Source: Prasinococcaceae sp. CCMP 1430
Lineage: Eukaryota > Plantae > Prasinodermophyta
Assembly: GCA_013416795.1 (NCBI GenBank)
Contig: RQSC01000029.1
Coordinates: forward strand, 687,067 to 751,066
Length of the DNA: 64,000 bases
Direction: 5' to 3'
Positions 9,903-19,179 of the stretch are shown in pieces. The notes below the pieces were generated by a model. It was not told the origin of the DNA and made no database searches. It worked only from the letters and a program-made list of their open reading frames with translations. Each line of letters begins with the position of its first letter. The first letter of the stretch is position 1. Both the position numbers and the translations under genes were made by a program.

Positions 9903-11831
9903 CTAGTTCCACCACGCGGTCCAAGCGCCGTTGTCGTGCTCGCCGCAGCCAGGCAGCTTGTCCATCGTGTCGATTCGCTGGCCCTCCGATAATTGCATGC
10001 TGCTGCCGTCGGGCAGCAGCGCGTACAGCGGGAACTCCGCGCGCGGAAGCCTCTCCATGGCTGGCAGCATTGTGCAGCAGGGACAGCCCCCGCTCCCGTC
10101 GCCATCCGAGCACAACATGACGCGCGAGCCCTCCTCCACGTCGCGGAAGAATGTGTGGCTTGCCACGATGCCCCTGTCTAGCTCGCCGTCGTCGTTGGAC
10201 GGATCAAAACAGCCGCCGACGAGGTCCTCGGGCGGCGGGCGAGGCGCGTCCGCGCGCGCGCACGCGCGCGTGCCGTTGGCGAAGTGCAACGTCTCCTCGC
10301 CAAGTGGGCACACGTCCCAGACGCCGAAGAGGTCCAGAATATTCGCGCGCTTCGGAGCCATCGCGTACACCATGTGCACGCCCACCAGCGCGTGGCCGAG
10401 CGGGCCCGGTGCTGGCATCACCGGCGCTGAGGCGAAGCCCTCGAACCCGCATGTACTGCGCGCACGTCCCTGCCGCCCGAGCAGCTCGCGCGCATACGCG
10501 CCCGGGCGCACGTGCGCGCCCGCTTGTGCAGGCGCGCGCGCGCGCCTGTCGGTGCTTGCGAGCGCCCTGCGCGCCGAGGGCTGTGCGGGCGGCGCGCTGG
10601 GGTGGTACTTGCGCATAAGAGGCGAGGCGTGCGTGAGTAGCTTGGCGCATGCCTTTCCGAAGAGCCAATCAGGCGCGCCTGCCACCAGCTCAACACTGCC
10701 GCTGCCAACCTTCGGCAATAGTCGCGCGTAGCGCACATCCGCGCGCGCGCGCAGCTCGTTCACGGTGTCGCACGCGTGCGCGTCATGCGGGCATGCCCCC
10801 GGCGAGTAGAAGTCGAGCGCGTCGCCCCGCGAGTTGTACCAGATTTCCCTCTCCACGCGCTTGTTGGTCTCCACGCGGAAGAGGGGCTGATCGAGCAAGG
10901 CCTCCTTTTGGACCGTCTTCCCAGCCTTCAAGATGGGGTCTCCTTCCAAGCGCCTCAGGATGGTCTCAACCGTTTCGTCGAGCACCTCCAGCACAGGTCC
11001 GTCCGACGCGACGTTTTGCACGTACAGCATCCCAATGTTCATCTCGAGACGCGTCCTGGAGTGTAAGCAGACGTCCAGGTCCGCGCCCGCGGGGTGGCGC
11101 CCGACCTCCTCGCCCAGCTGCTCCGCCACCCACTCCTCCGTCACCGGCGTCAAAGCCGTGTTGACGCGGGCATGGTCGCACGAGGGCCGCGTGAACTCCT
11201 GGAACAGGTCCACCTGCGTCAGCATGTTGAACCTGCCCATGTACGGCCCATGCAGCATGGGGTAGGGGTCCTCGCCGAAGAAGACGTCCGAGTCGAGGCG
11301 CAGCACGTTAGCGCCGCGCTCGCGCGCGGCTCGCGCGACGTAGTGCCACTGCTTTGCCCACATGATGAACATCTCGTCGTGGGACACCCCCCAGCGTGCC
11401 TGCCCTCCGTGGTCGGCCCACTTGCTACTCCACGCACAGCCGTCCACGCCGTAGCCCCGCTGCAGCCGCCTGCAGAGCGCCTCAGAGCTGGTGAGCATCA
11501 GGTAGTGCGTGATGCCCAGTCGCTCGAGGTTGCGCACGAGCGACACCGCGAAATCCACCGCGAGGGTGTTGAGAGTTGGGTCCTTCACAGCCCTCCGCGA
11601 GTCTTTGGTGTCGCCGACGCACATCATGATGAGCTCCCGCCCTGTATCGCCGCCCATACGCGCGGCGAGCGCCGCATCGAAGACGCCCTCGGCCTCCAGG
11701 TCGCCGCCCGGGAAGGGGATAGCGCGCTGGCGCTGGGCCGTGCGCCCGCGGGCGCCGCGCGTCGGCACCAGCGCGAGCGCCAGCGCGAGCACCAGCGCCG
11801 GCGCCAGCGCCAGCGCGCCGCGCCGCGCCAT
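9903..11831 (-). CDS. Nucleotide-diphospho-sugar transferase (GT77-like), signal/anchor at N-terminus
   Basis: MARRGALALAPALVLALALALVP hydrophobic start; NLERLGITHYLML and the DxD motif NVLRLDSDVFFGEDPY. An in-frame intron near 10440-10580 is possible. Confidence 0.7.
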   Translation of the reverse strand: MARRGALALAPALVLALALALVPTRGARGRTAQRQRAIPFPGGDLEAEGVFDAALAARMGGDTGRELIMMCVGDTKDSRRAVKDPTLNTLAVDFAVSLVRNLERLGITHYLMLTSSEALCRRLQRGYGVDGCAWSSKWADHGGQARWGVSHDEMFIMWAKQWHYVARAARERGANVLRLDSDVFFGEDPYPMLHGPYMGRFNMLTQVDLFQEFTRPSCDHARVNTALTPVTEEWVAEQLGEEVGRHPAGADLDVCLHSRTRLEMNIGMLYVQNVASDGPVLEVLDETVETILRRLEGDPILKAGKTVQKEALLDQPLFRVETNKRVEREIWYNSRGDALDFYSPGACPHDAHACDTVNELRARADVRYARLLPKVGSGSVELVAGAPDWLFGKACAKLLTHASPLMRKYHPSAPPAQPSARRALASTDRRARAPAQAGAHVRPGAYARELLGRQGRARSTCGFEGFASAPVMPAPGPLGHALVGVHMVYAMAPKRANILDLFGVWDVCPLGEETLHFANGTRACARADAPRPPPEDLVGGCFDPSNDDGELDRGIVASHTFFRDVEEGSRVMLCSDGDGSGGCPCCTMLPAMERLPRAEFPLYALLPDGSSMQLSEGQRIDTMDKLPGCGEHDNGAWTAWWN

Positions 11832-12140
11832 CCGAGCCGGGGTAGCGAGCGCTGCTCCTCCCCCTTCCCCTCTCAGGTGCGTTCGCAAATGTGTGTGAGC
11901 GTGTGTGTGTGAGCGCGCGCGCGCGTGCGTGCGTGCGCGTTGGTATACCCCTCCCTTCCCCCCTCTGCCCCACTCCCGCCAACCCCCCACCCGCCCCACC
12001 CGCCCCCACCCAACCCCGCACCGCTACCAGTCTGCGCCGCCGCGGCGCAGCAGCAGCCGGCGCGCGCGGCCGGGTTGCCGGACTTGCCGGGCGCGCTCGA
12101 TGCGTCCGCGCTGGCCTCGTACGTCGCGCAGGAGTGCGGC

Positions 12141-12449
12141 ATGAGCGCAGTCGCCGGGGCTGCGTGCGGCGTGCTGATTAAGACCGCCGCCAAGCTCCTC
12201 CTGGTGACCTCTGTTGGCGTCGCCGCAGTGATCTACCTCCTCACACGCCACGGCCTCGTCACCGTGCACACCGACGCGCTCGGGGTTGCCGCTCGCGCTG
12301 CGGCCGGCCTCGCTGACGTCGATGGCAACGGCGTGGTCGACGCGCGCGACCTCGACGCCGCGATCAAGGCGCTCGAGAAGAAGGCCGGCGGCGTGCTTCC
12401 CGACGTCGCTGGTTTTTCCATGGGACTCATGCTGGGCCTTAAGCTCTGA
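12141..12449 (+). CDS. FUN14-family mitochondrial outer-membrane protein with an EF-hand-like insert
   Basis: GAACGVLIKTAAKLLLVTSVG...HGLVTV and C-terminal GFSMGLMLGLKL fit FUN14; DVDGNGVVDARD loop. Start may lie further upstream. Confidence 0.65.
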   Translation: MSAVAGAACGVLIKTAAKLLLVTSVGVAAVIYLLTRHGLVTVHTDALGVAARAAAGLADVDGNGVVDARDLDAAIKALEKKAGGVLPDVAGFSMGLMLGLKL

Positions 12450-12631
12450 GCGGTCAGGCTTCGCGCAGGTGACACGCGCACACAACGAGGTGGACAGAGG
12501 AGGGGGGAAAGAGAGAGAGAGCACATGTCATGTCGCTCTCTGGAGAATCAGCTTGTAAAGTCTAGCTCGCTCGCTCTAGTAACGTACAGAAATGGTACAC
12601 TACACAGTCGAGGGCCGGCGTGTGGGCGCAT

Positions 12632-14134
12632 TCAGTCGCTGGCGACGGTGGCTGCCGCCAGCGTGTACGCTTGCGTGTCCTCCTCGTCTTCAGAGCCGCC
12701 CGCGGGGCCTGCTCGCCCGCCCGCCGTGTCTGTGTCGTCCCGCGCAGCGAGCGCCACGCCACCGCACCCAATGGCCCCCGCGTTCCCAATGCGGCGGTGT
12801 GCCGCCGAGCCCTGCTGTGGCGCTGTCGTGGCGCCGGCGCCGGCGCCAGCAGCAGGCACGACGCCGCGCGCGTCCACGGCGTACGCCACAACGGCATTTG
12901 GTGCCAGCGGCGACTTGGCGATGCTGAGTAGCCGCCTGCCGCCGTCGGCCTCCACCACGAGGCGGGTGTTGACGGCATGCGCCCAGTTGTACCCGAGCGC
13001 CGCAGTCAGATACGAGTCCTTGCCCTCACCCATCCCGCCGCGGCCGCGCGCCTCCTGCTCATCTCCGCCGTCGTCATGACCGCCTGCTCGTCGCCCAACC
13101 AGTGCGTGTGCCGCCCCCCCGCCCATCATCGTAGTCACCTGCGGCGAGTGGGGCGGCGCAAGTCAGTGGCTTTGGGACCGCGCGCGATGCGCGTGAGGTC
13201 TCGCGATGGCATCGCCGAGCAACACGCAGCCTGTAGGCGTGCCCCGCAGGCGCGCGTGCAAGCTGGCAGCACCCGGGCACACACACCCACAAACACGCAC
13301 ACATCGCTCATACATCGCTCACGCAACTTGGTTCACCGTGAAGACCGGTATGTTGAAATTCTCCGCGTAGCGCTTGAGAACGGCCGCCTGCCTGCCGAGC
13401 ACCTCGTTGTTGCGCTTGCGGTCCTCCGCCGTCTCAGCGCTCGCGGCGCGCACCAGTGAGGCGATGGAGTCCACCACGATGAGGCGGATGTTGCGCATGA
13501 CGATGTGTTGCTCCAGGTCGACCATCAGCTGCAGCAGCTGCGCGCCGGCGCCATCCCCTCCGCCGTGCCCCCCTTCGACGTACGGCGAGAATACCAGGAC
13601 GCGCTCAGCGAGGCTCTGCGCGGCCTCGGGCGCGTCATACTGCCCGGCAAAGCGCGCGCGCGCGATCTGCAGCAGGCGCGCCGACGAGAACTTGTTCTCG
13701 GTGTCAAAGTATGCCACCGCCCCGCCCAGCCCGCCCGCGTCTGGCGCGCGTGTGGCCACAACGCTGAGAGTCAGACAAAGCTGGGTCTTTCCCAGCCCCG
13801 CGGGCCCCACGACTTCGGTAATCGAGCCTGCAGGCACGCCGCCGCGCAGGGCAGCGTCAATCTCGTAGAGGCCGGTCGGCAGGCAGCGTCGCTCGGCCGC
13901 GCTGAGGAGGTCGAGGGCAGTGCGCTGCTTGGGCGCGGCGGCAGCACTCGCCGCAGCGACGGCCACGGCGGCCTCGCCGGGCAGCAGCCCAGCCTCGATA
14001 GCGTCCAGCGCCGACGCGCCGAGCAGCTCTTCGGCGGTGTGCACGCCGGCCGACGCTAAGCGCGCGAGCGCGCCGCTCTCCAGCCCGCAGCGCTCCAGGC
14101 GGAACTGGCCGCCTCCCACAGCAGTGGTGGGCAT
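12632..14134 (-). CDS. RAD51B: RAD51 paralog B; exons 14134-13328, 13138-12632
   Basis: Walker A GPAGLGKTQ, YFDTENKFSS, Walker B LIVVDS, NIPVFTVNQ|V, and DSYLTAALGYNWAHAVNTRLV...IAKSP typical of plant RAD51B. Confidence 0.9.
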
Positions 14135-14688
14135 CGGCAACCCCGTCGCTCTCTGCGCGCGGAAAAGCGCCCCAGCAGCGACAGCGCCGGCGAGCGGCGG
14201 CGAGCAGCGGCGAGCGGCGCGGCGCGGCCTGCCACGCGCAAGCGCGCGGCGGCAGCCGCTGCCGCGTACCCGCCAAACCTTCCTCGCACCCGCCCGCCGC
14301 CGGCCTCGCCCGAGCACGCCTGCGTGCGCACTGTGGCTCGCGGCCCCGGCCCGCGCTGCTCCCGCCGAAAGGAGTTCGAAATTGATTTTGCTGTTACTCG
14401 GTGCGCACGCGGCGCTGCGCTCCGTGCAGGCAGCGGCGGGCGTGCTGTGGTGGGGTGTGGAAGAGGGGCGCGCCCCGCCTCCTCTCCCCCTTGAGCTCCC
14501 ATTCGCGTGTGTTTTGCGCGCGCCGCGCGCGTGTGCGCTGCGCACGGGCATGCAGAGGCCGTCGCACATGCACGTAGCGTTATCACGACATGTCGACGCG
14601 GTAGGTTTGCTGCTTGCCAAGATCGCAACATGCGCTAAAAACTGATTGGCTTACACAATGGACGACCATCGATGTCAATACAGGTCTG

Positions 14689-17600
14689 TCAGCAAAACGG
14701 ATTGCCACCGAGCTTGATGGAGTGCGAGCCTTCGCAGTACCCATAGTAGCTCTCCTTGGTGTCACAGAAATTGTTTGAGACGGCGCCGTAGTAGCAGGGG
14801 CAGCACACGCCGGTGAAGCACGCCGCGTTGTCGTTCCAGCCGCAGTCGTCGCCGATGTTGAGCTTGTTGCCCGAGAAGTACACCGTCTCCTGCGCTTCTT
14901 CGTCGTCGTACCACATGAGCGGGTCGTTGTGGTTGTCCCAAATGGGCACGCCCACCTGGAAGAAGCCCACGTTGACGCCGCCGTTGATGTCGCCCTTGAG
15001 CAGATGCATCTTGCGATTGTCCAGTTTGGACGGGAAGTAGTAGTTGTACTCGAAGTTGCCCCAGAAGCCGACGACATTGATCTGGCCCGAGGCACCGATG
15101 TACCCAATCGTCGGCTGATCGCTTGCCGAGCCTTGACAGATGTTACTCTTGGAGCAAGGGTGCGCGTCGGCCCCTTGCATCCCACCCAGGAAGCCGACCG
15201 TCACGACAGGTATGCCGACTTCCCAGAGGCCGACCTTGACCTGCCCCTCGCCCTTGACCTCGAAGGCGCCGGCAAAGCCTTCCTTAGGGTCAACGTCCAC
15301 CTTGAGCGAGATGCCGAAGGCAAGCGGCCCCTTTTGGATCTCGCCTTCGATCTGCACCAGGCAAATCGGGTACGAGTTGGGGTTAAAGTCCTCCACGTCG
15401 TGGTTGATGCCATAGACCATCGCCAGCCCTTTCGGCAGCTCTATGCCGGAGAGCAGGCGCGGCTTGCAATGCGCGCTGAGGTCCGAGTGGGAAGCCTGCA
15501 CCTGGAAGTGGCCCTTCCCTGCCGCCTTCCATAGCTTCAGCAGCTTGTTGTCGGCCTTTGCCAGCAGGTGCCGCGTGGCGTTGCCCCCGTCCGCCGCCAG
15601 CGAGGCCATCACGCCCTCAGCGGGCCCGACCACGCGCGCCGTGAGCTGATCGAGCGGCAGCGTGAGGATTTCCTCGCCCGAGTCGAGTGGCGAGGCGAAC
15701 TCGATGCCATTCTCGGTGAGACGGCCCGGCACATGGCCTTCCATCAGCAGACGCCGCTGGCCCGCGTCGGGCTGGCCCATCGACACGCGGCGCTGCTCCT
15801 TGCGGATATGCGACGCCAGCTTGCGGTGACCCTCGGAGGTGCCGTCGCCGATCGAGCCCGGCGGAAAGGGGTTTGTGCCGCGGAAGGGCGTCGTGCCGCT
15901 GCCCAAGAGCGTGATGGCCGGCGCGTCGCACCCGCCTGGCAGCTCGAAGTTGAAGCTCGCAAGGTCGAAGTCGGCGGCGCGGCCATCGCATTCGGAGTCC
16001 ATGCACGTGAGCACGAAGACGGTAGACTCGCCATTGAGCTGGTTGCTCACGCGGCGGGGAATATAGCTGCCGTCGGACATCTCCTGGTCGAACAGGAAGG
16101 CCTGCAGGTATTGGATGTTTTCGTCCCCCTCGATTCGGAACTTGCGCAAGGTGGCACTCTCGTCTGACATCACGTCAGGCGCGTAGCCGTGCTGCGCCAG
16201 TCGCTCGGCTGATACAGACATCTCACCGTCGTAGTAGCCCACCGAGTGGGTGGCGAGCACGTCTGCGAAGCTCAGGTCTGCGTCATCGCCCCCGTCGAGC
16301 TTGCACTGGATCACACCAGGGAACGTCGGGTGGCTCAAAGGGTCATCTCCAAAAGCAGAGATAGAGTAGTTGAGCCCAAAGTCGGTTCGGTCGGGGTTGA
16401 CCATCCACGCGGCCTTGCGATCGTCTGCCTTCGAGTCACCGTCCTCGCCGGGGTCGAAGAAGGTGACACTGACATAGCCCTCGGGGAAGAGCGTCGACTC
16501 CTTTACCTCAAATGCTCGGCCTCCTTCCATCCACATGCGCCCCTTCACGCTGCGGATGTAGTTGCTCTGCGCCTCCGTGGCGTCTTCAGCCAGCGACATG
16601 TTGACGCGGTAGTTTTCTGCTGGAAAGTCGCCGATATGGTCGTGCAGCGATAGGCAGCGGTCACGGCCGCTCGACTCGGGCCCCGTCTTGACGCAGGCGT
16701 AGTACATCTCGTACTCGACGTAAAAGCTGGCCGGGAAGCTAGGCATCGGGCCGTCGTCCTCGTCCATGCCCTCAAAGGCGTCAATCTTATTGAAGAGGCC
16801 GACCAGATCGTACAGGCTGGCCAGGCGACGGCCGCTCGCGTCCAGCGCGAAGCCTGCGTTCTCGAAGAGCGGTGCCACCTGTGAGCTAAAGGAAAGCTGG
16901 CGGCCAGTGATTGTAACCTGCCCGATGTGCGTCTACAGCACAACGCTCGAGCCGTCGCCCTCAAAGAAGCGCGCCCAACCGGTAATCTGCAGAACCAGCT
17001 TGGCCTCCTCGTTCTCCACGCGCAGGTAGCGCATCTCGTCAAAAGCTTCGTCGGGAAGCAGACTCGAGAGCGCGGCGGGCACCGCGTTCACCGCCGCAGA
17101 GGCCGTCTTGTTGTCGGCGGTCTTAGTGACGCCTGAGGCATCGCTGAGCCCCGCAGAGGCGGTGGGAAGGCCGGTCGCTTTGTCCAGCGTTACGCCGCCC
17201 TCGATCTTGGTCTCCTTAGAGAGCTCAACCACGGTGAAGACGAGGCCCGTGATGGCCGCAAGCATGATTCCCATGAGTAGCAGCAGTGCGGCAGCCAGCC
17301 TAGTCAGCTTCTTCACCATCTTCTTTGACTCAAGGTAGAGCTCAGCGCCGCGCGCGAGCTCCATCGGCGCCACCGTGCCATCGCCGTCGACGTCGAAGAC
17401 CTTGAGAGTGGGCTGGATTTCCTTGGGCAGCGTCTTTATCGCAATCTCGCCGCTGCGGTTGGCTTTCTTGAGCGTCGCGTACGTGTCGAAGACCTCCGTG
17501 ATCTGCACGACACACAGCGCCCAAGGTCAGCAATGCAGTGCGCGCGGTGCAGCCTCGGGCGCGCGCCACGCCTGCAGCAAGGAGCGCGCGCCAGCTCGCA

Positions 17601-18440
17601 GCGTGACGCCCTAGTTGATAGCACGCACCTCGTCAAGCTCGAGGATTCCGTTGCCCTCGTCATCGATCTCCTTCAGGATGGCTGCGGACGGACGTGTGCA
17701 CGGCGCCGGCGGGCGGGGGTATGGGCGCAGTCAGCGCAGGTGGCGCACTGGTCTCGCCAAGCACTGCGAGGCCCCCTTCCACGGCCAGTCGACCCCCCCC
17801 CTCCCACCCCAACACACACCGCAGCCTTCGAGGCAGCCCTGTGTCACCAGGGTGCCCGCACATACCACTCGCGTCCACAGCCGCAACCGGAGCGCCACGC
17901 GACGCGAGGTGCGCCGCAGGCGCGCGCACGGCACGCGCGCAGGGACATGTCTACAGCGCGCGGGGGAAAGGAGGGGCCAACAACAACCAAAACAAAGAGG
18001 CCGCCGCCGGCCGCGGCGCGCGAGCCGTTCGCGCCGCAGCAAAACGCCACGGCACTGGCGGAGGGCGTCTGCCCACACGAGCGTGCGCCCACGCCTCAGA
18101 CGCCACCCTCAACGACCGGCGCAGCTCGCGAGCCGCCCCGCGACGCATTCGGTCACAGGCTGACGCGGAGTGCGCGCCCAGCGGCAAGGCGCAGAGCACT
18201 CGACGCAGGGGTGTGGATGACCAACCGAACGGCGGCGCGCATCGGTTGGGTGTGCCAGCGGTTGGGGATTTCTCACCGCACGCGGCTCGTACCGTGCAGG
18301 CTCTCGGGGAACATGTCGATGCCGATGGAGAAGGCCGCGCCGTCCGCCGGCGGGGCGGCCGGGCCATCCTCTACTTTTCCGGATGCGGAGTCATCCTCCA
18401 CTTTACTGGATGCGTTGCGCCCGCCGAAGGCGAAGGGCAT
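14689..18440 (-). CDS. EF-hand + single-TM + large lumenal Cys-rich protein, interrupted by one in-frame TAG (16935-16933); exons 18440-18293, 17681-17629, 17502-14689
   Basis: Splicing gives MPFAFGG...MFPESLH|AILKEIDDEGNGILELDE|ITEVFDT...FDVDGDGTVAPME (two EF-hand loops) and the TM LAAALLLLMGIMLAAITGLVFTVV. ORFs 16933-17508 and 14689-16878 are in the same frame. Confidence 0.7.
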
Positions 18441-18460
18441 GGCCTGCCGCGAGAGCGCGC

Positions 18461-18516
18461 GGCGCCGCGCGCGCTACGTGGCGCCGCGCGCGCTGTGTGG
18501 CGCCGCGCGCGCTGTG
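18461..18516. repeat. 19-bp tandem repeat (ggcgccgcgcgcg-ct[a/g][c/t]gt) x3
   Basis: Read directly from the sequence. Confidence 0.85.
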
Positions 18517-18586
18517 CCCCCTGGGCGAGACACCCAGCCCGAATGTCTCTGTCTCTCGTCACCGCGTTCAGCGCGCGCACTGATGA

Positions 18587-18676
18587 GCGCACGCACACAC
18601 AGATACACACGCACGCGCGCACACACACGCACGCACGCACGCACGCACGCACGCGCGCACGCACGCGCGCACGCAC
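18587..18676. repeat. (GCAC)n/(CA)n microsatellite, probably in a 5' UTR intron of the EF-hand gene
   Basis: Run of gcacgcac/acac units; similar tracts fill other introns in this window. Confidence 0.8.
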
Positions 18677-19179
18677 CCCAATGCGCGCGCGCGCGGCGAG
18701 ATACGCGTTCCGCGGCGTTTTCGCGGGCGCGTTCCGCGGCCTCCCGCGGCCGAGCTCGCTCGCGCGCGCCGCGGACGGGGCAGGGGGCAGGCGCCGTAGC
18801 GCGCCGTAGCGCGCGCGCGCTCGCGCGGCGGTTGGTTGGTTGGGGGAACGGGCGCGCGCGCGCGCATCAAATACGTGCACACACGCTTGACGCTGCTAAC
18901 GAACTGTCCGGCGATAGGCCATTTTTGATGGTGCTGTCTGTACCAGATATTTGGCAAATCTTGCGGAATCCTCTCATGCTGTGCAGAACTGTGTCCGGCA
19001 CCCAAGGAATCCGTCTGACCTACTATTTTCGCCTTGTCTTCTGGGGAACCGACACCCGGCCTCAATTGACCCCACCAACCAATATTACATGTCGCCGCTT
19101 CAATGGCGGCGCTCGGAGCTGCGCGCGCCGATCCGTGTCAAAGTACTGTACGGTCTCGCTCGCGGTTGTCGCCGCCGCC

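Noticed and set aside
14689-14691. Sec at the EF-hand gene end (C-UGA)
   Set aside because: The poly(A) signal lies about 35 nt downstream, leaving no room for a SECIS, and none was seen.
16933-16935. Genome-wide TAG reassignment to a sense codon
   Set aside because: Thousands of codons in CHC, POLD1, SPT16, PES1 and NOT1 contain no internal TAG, and TAG ends several genes (SelS, GT77, SCL, PDZ-like, J-domain).
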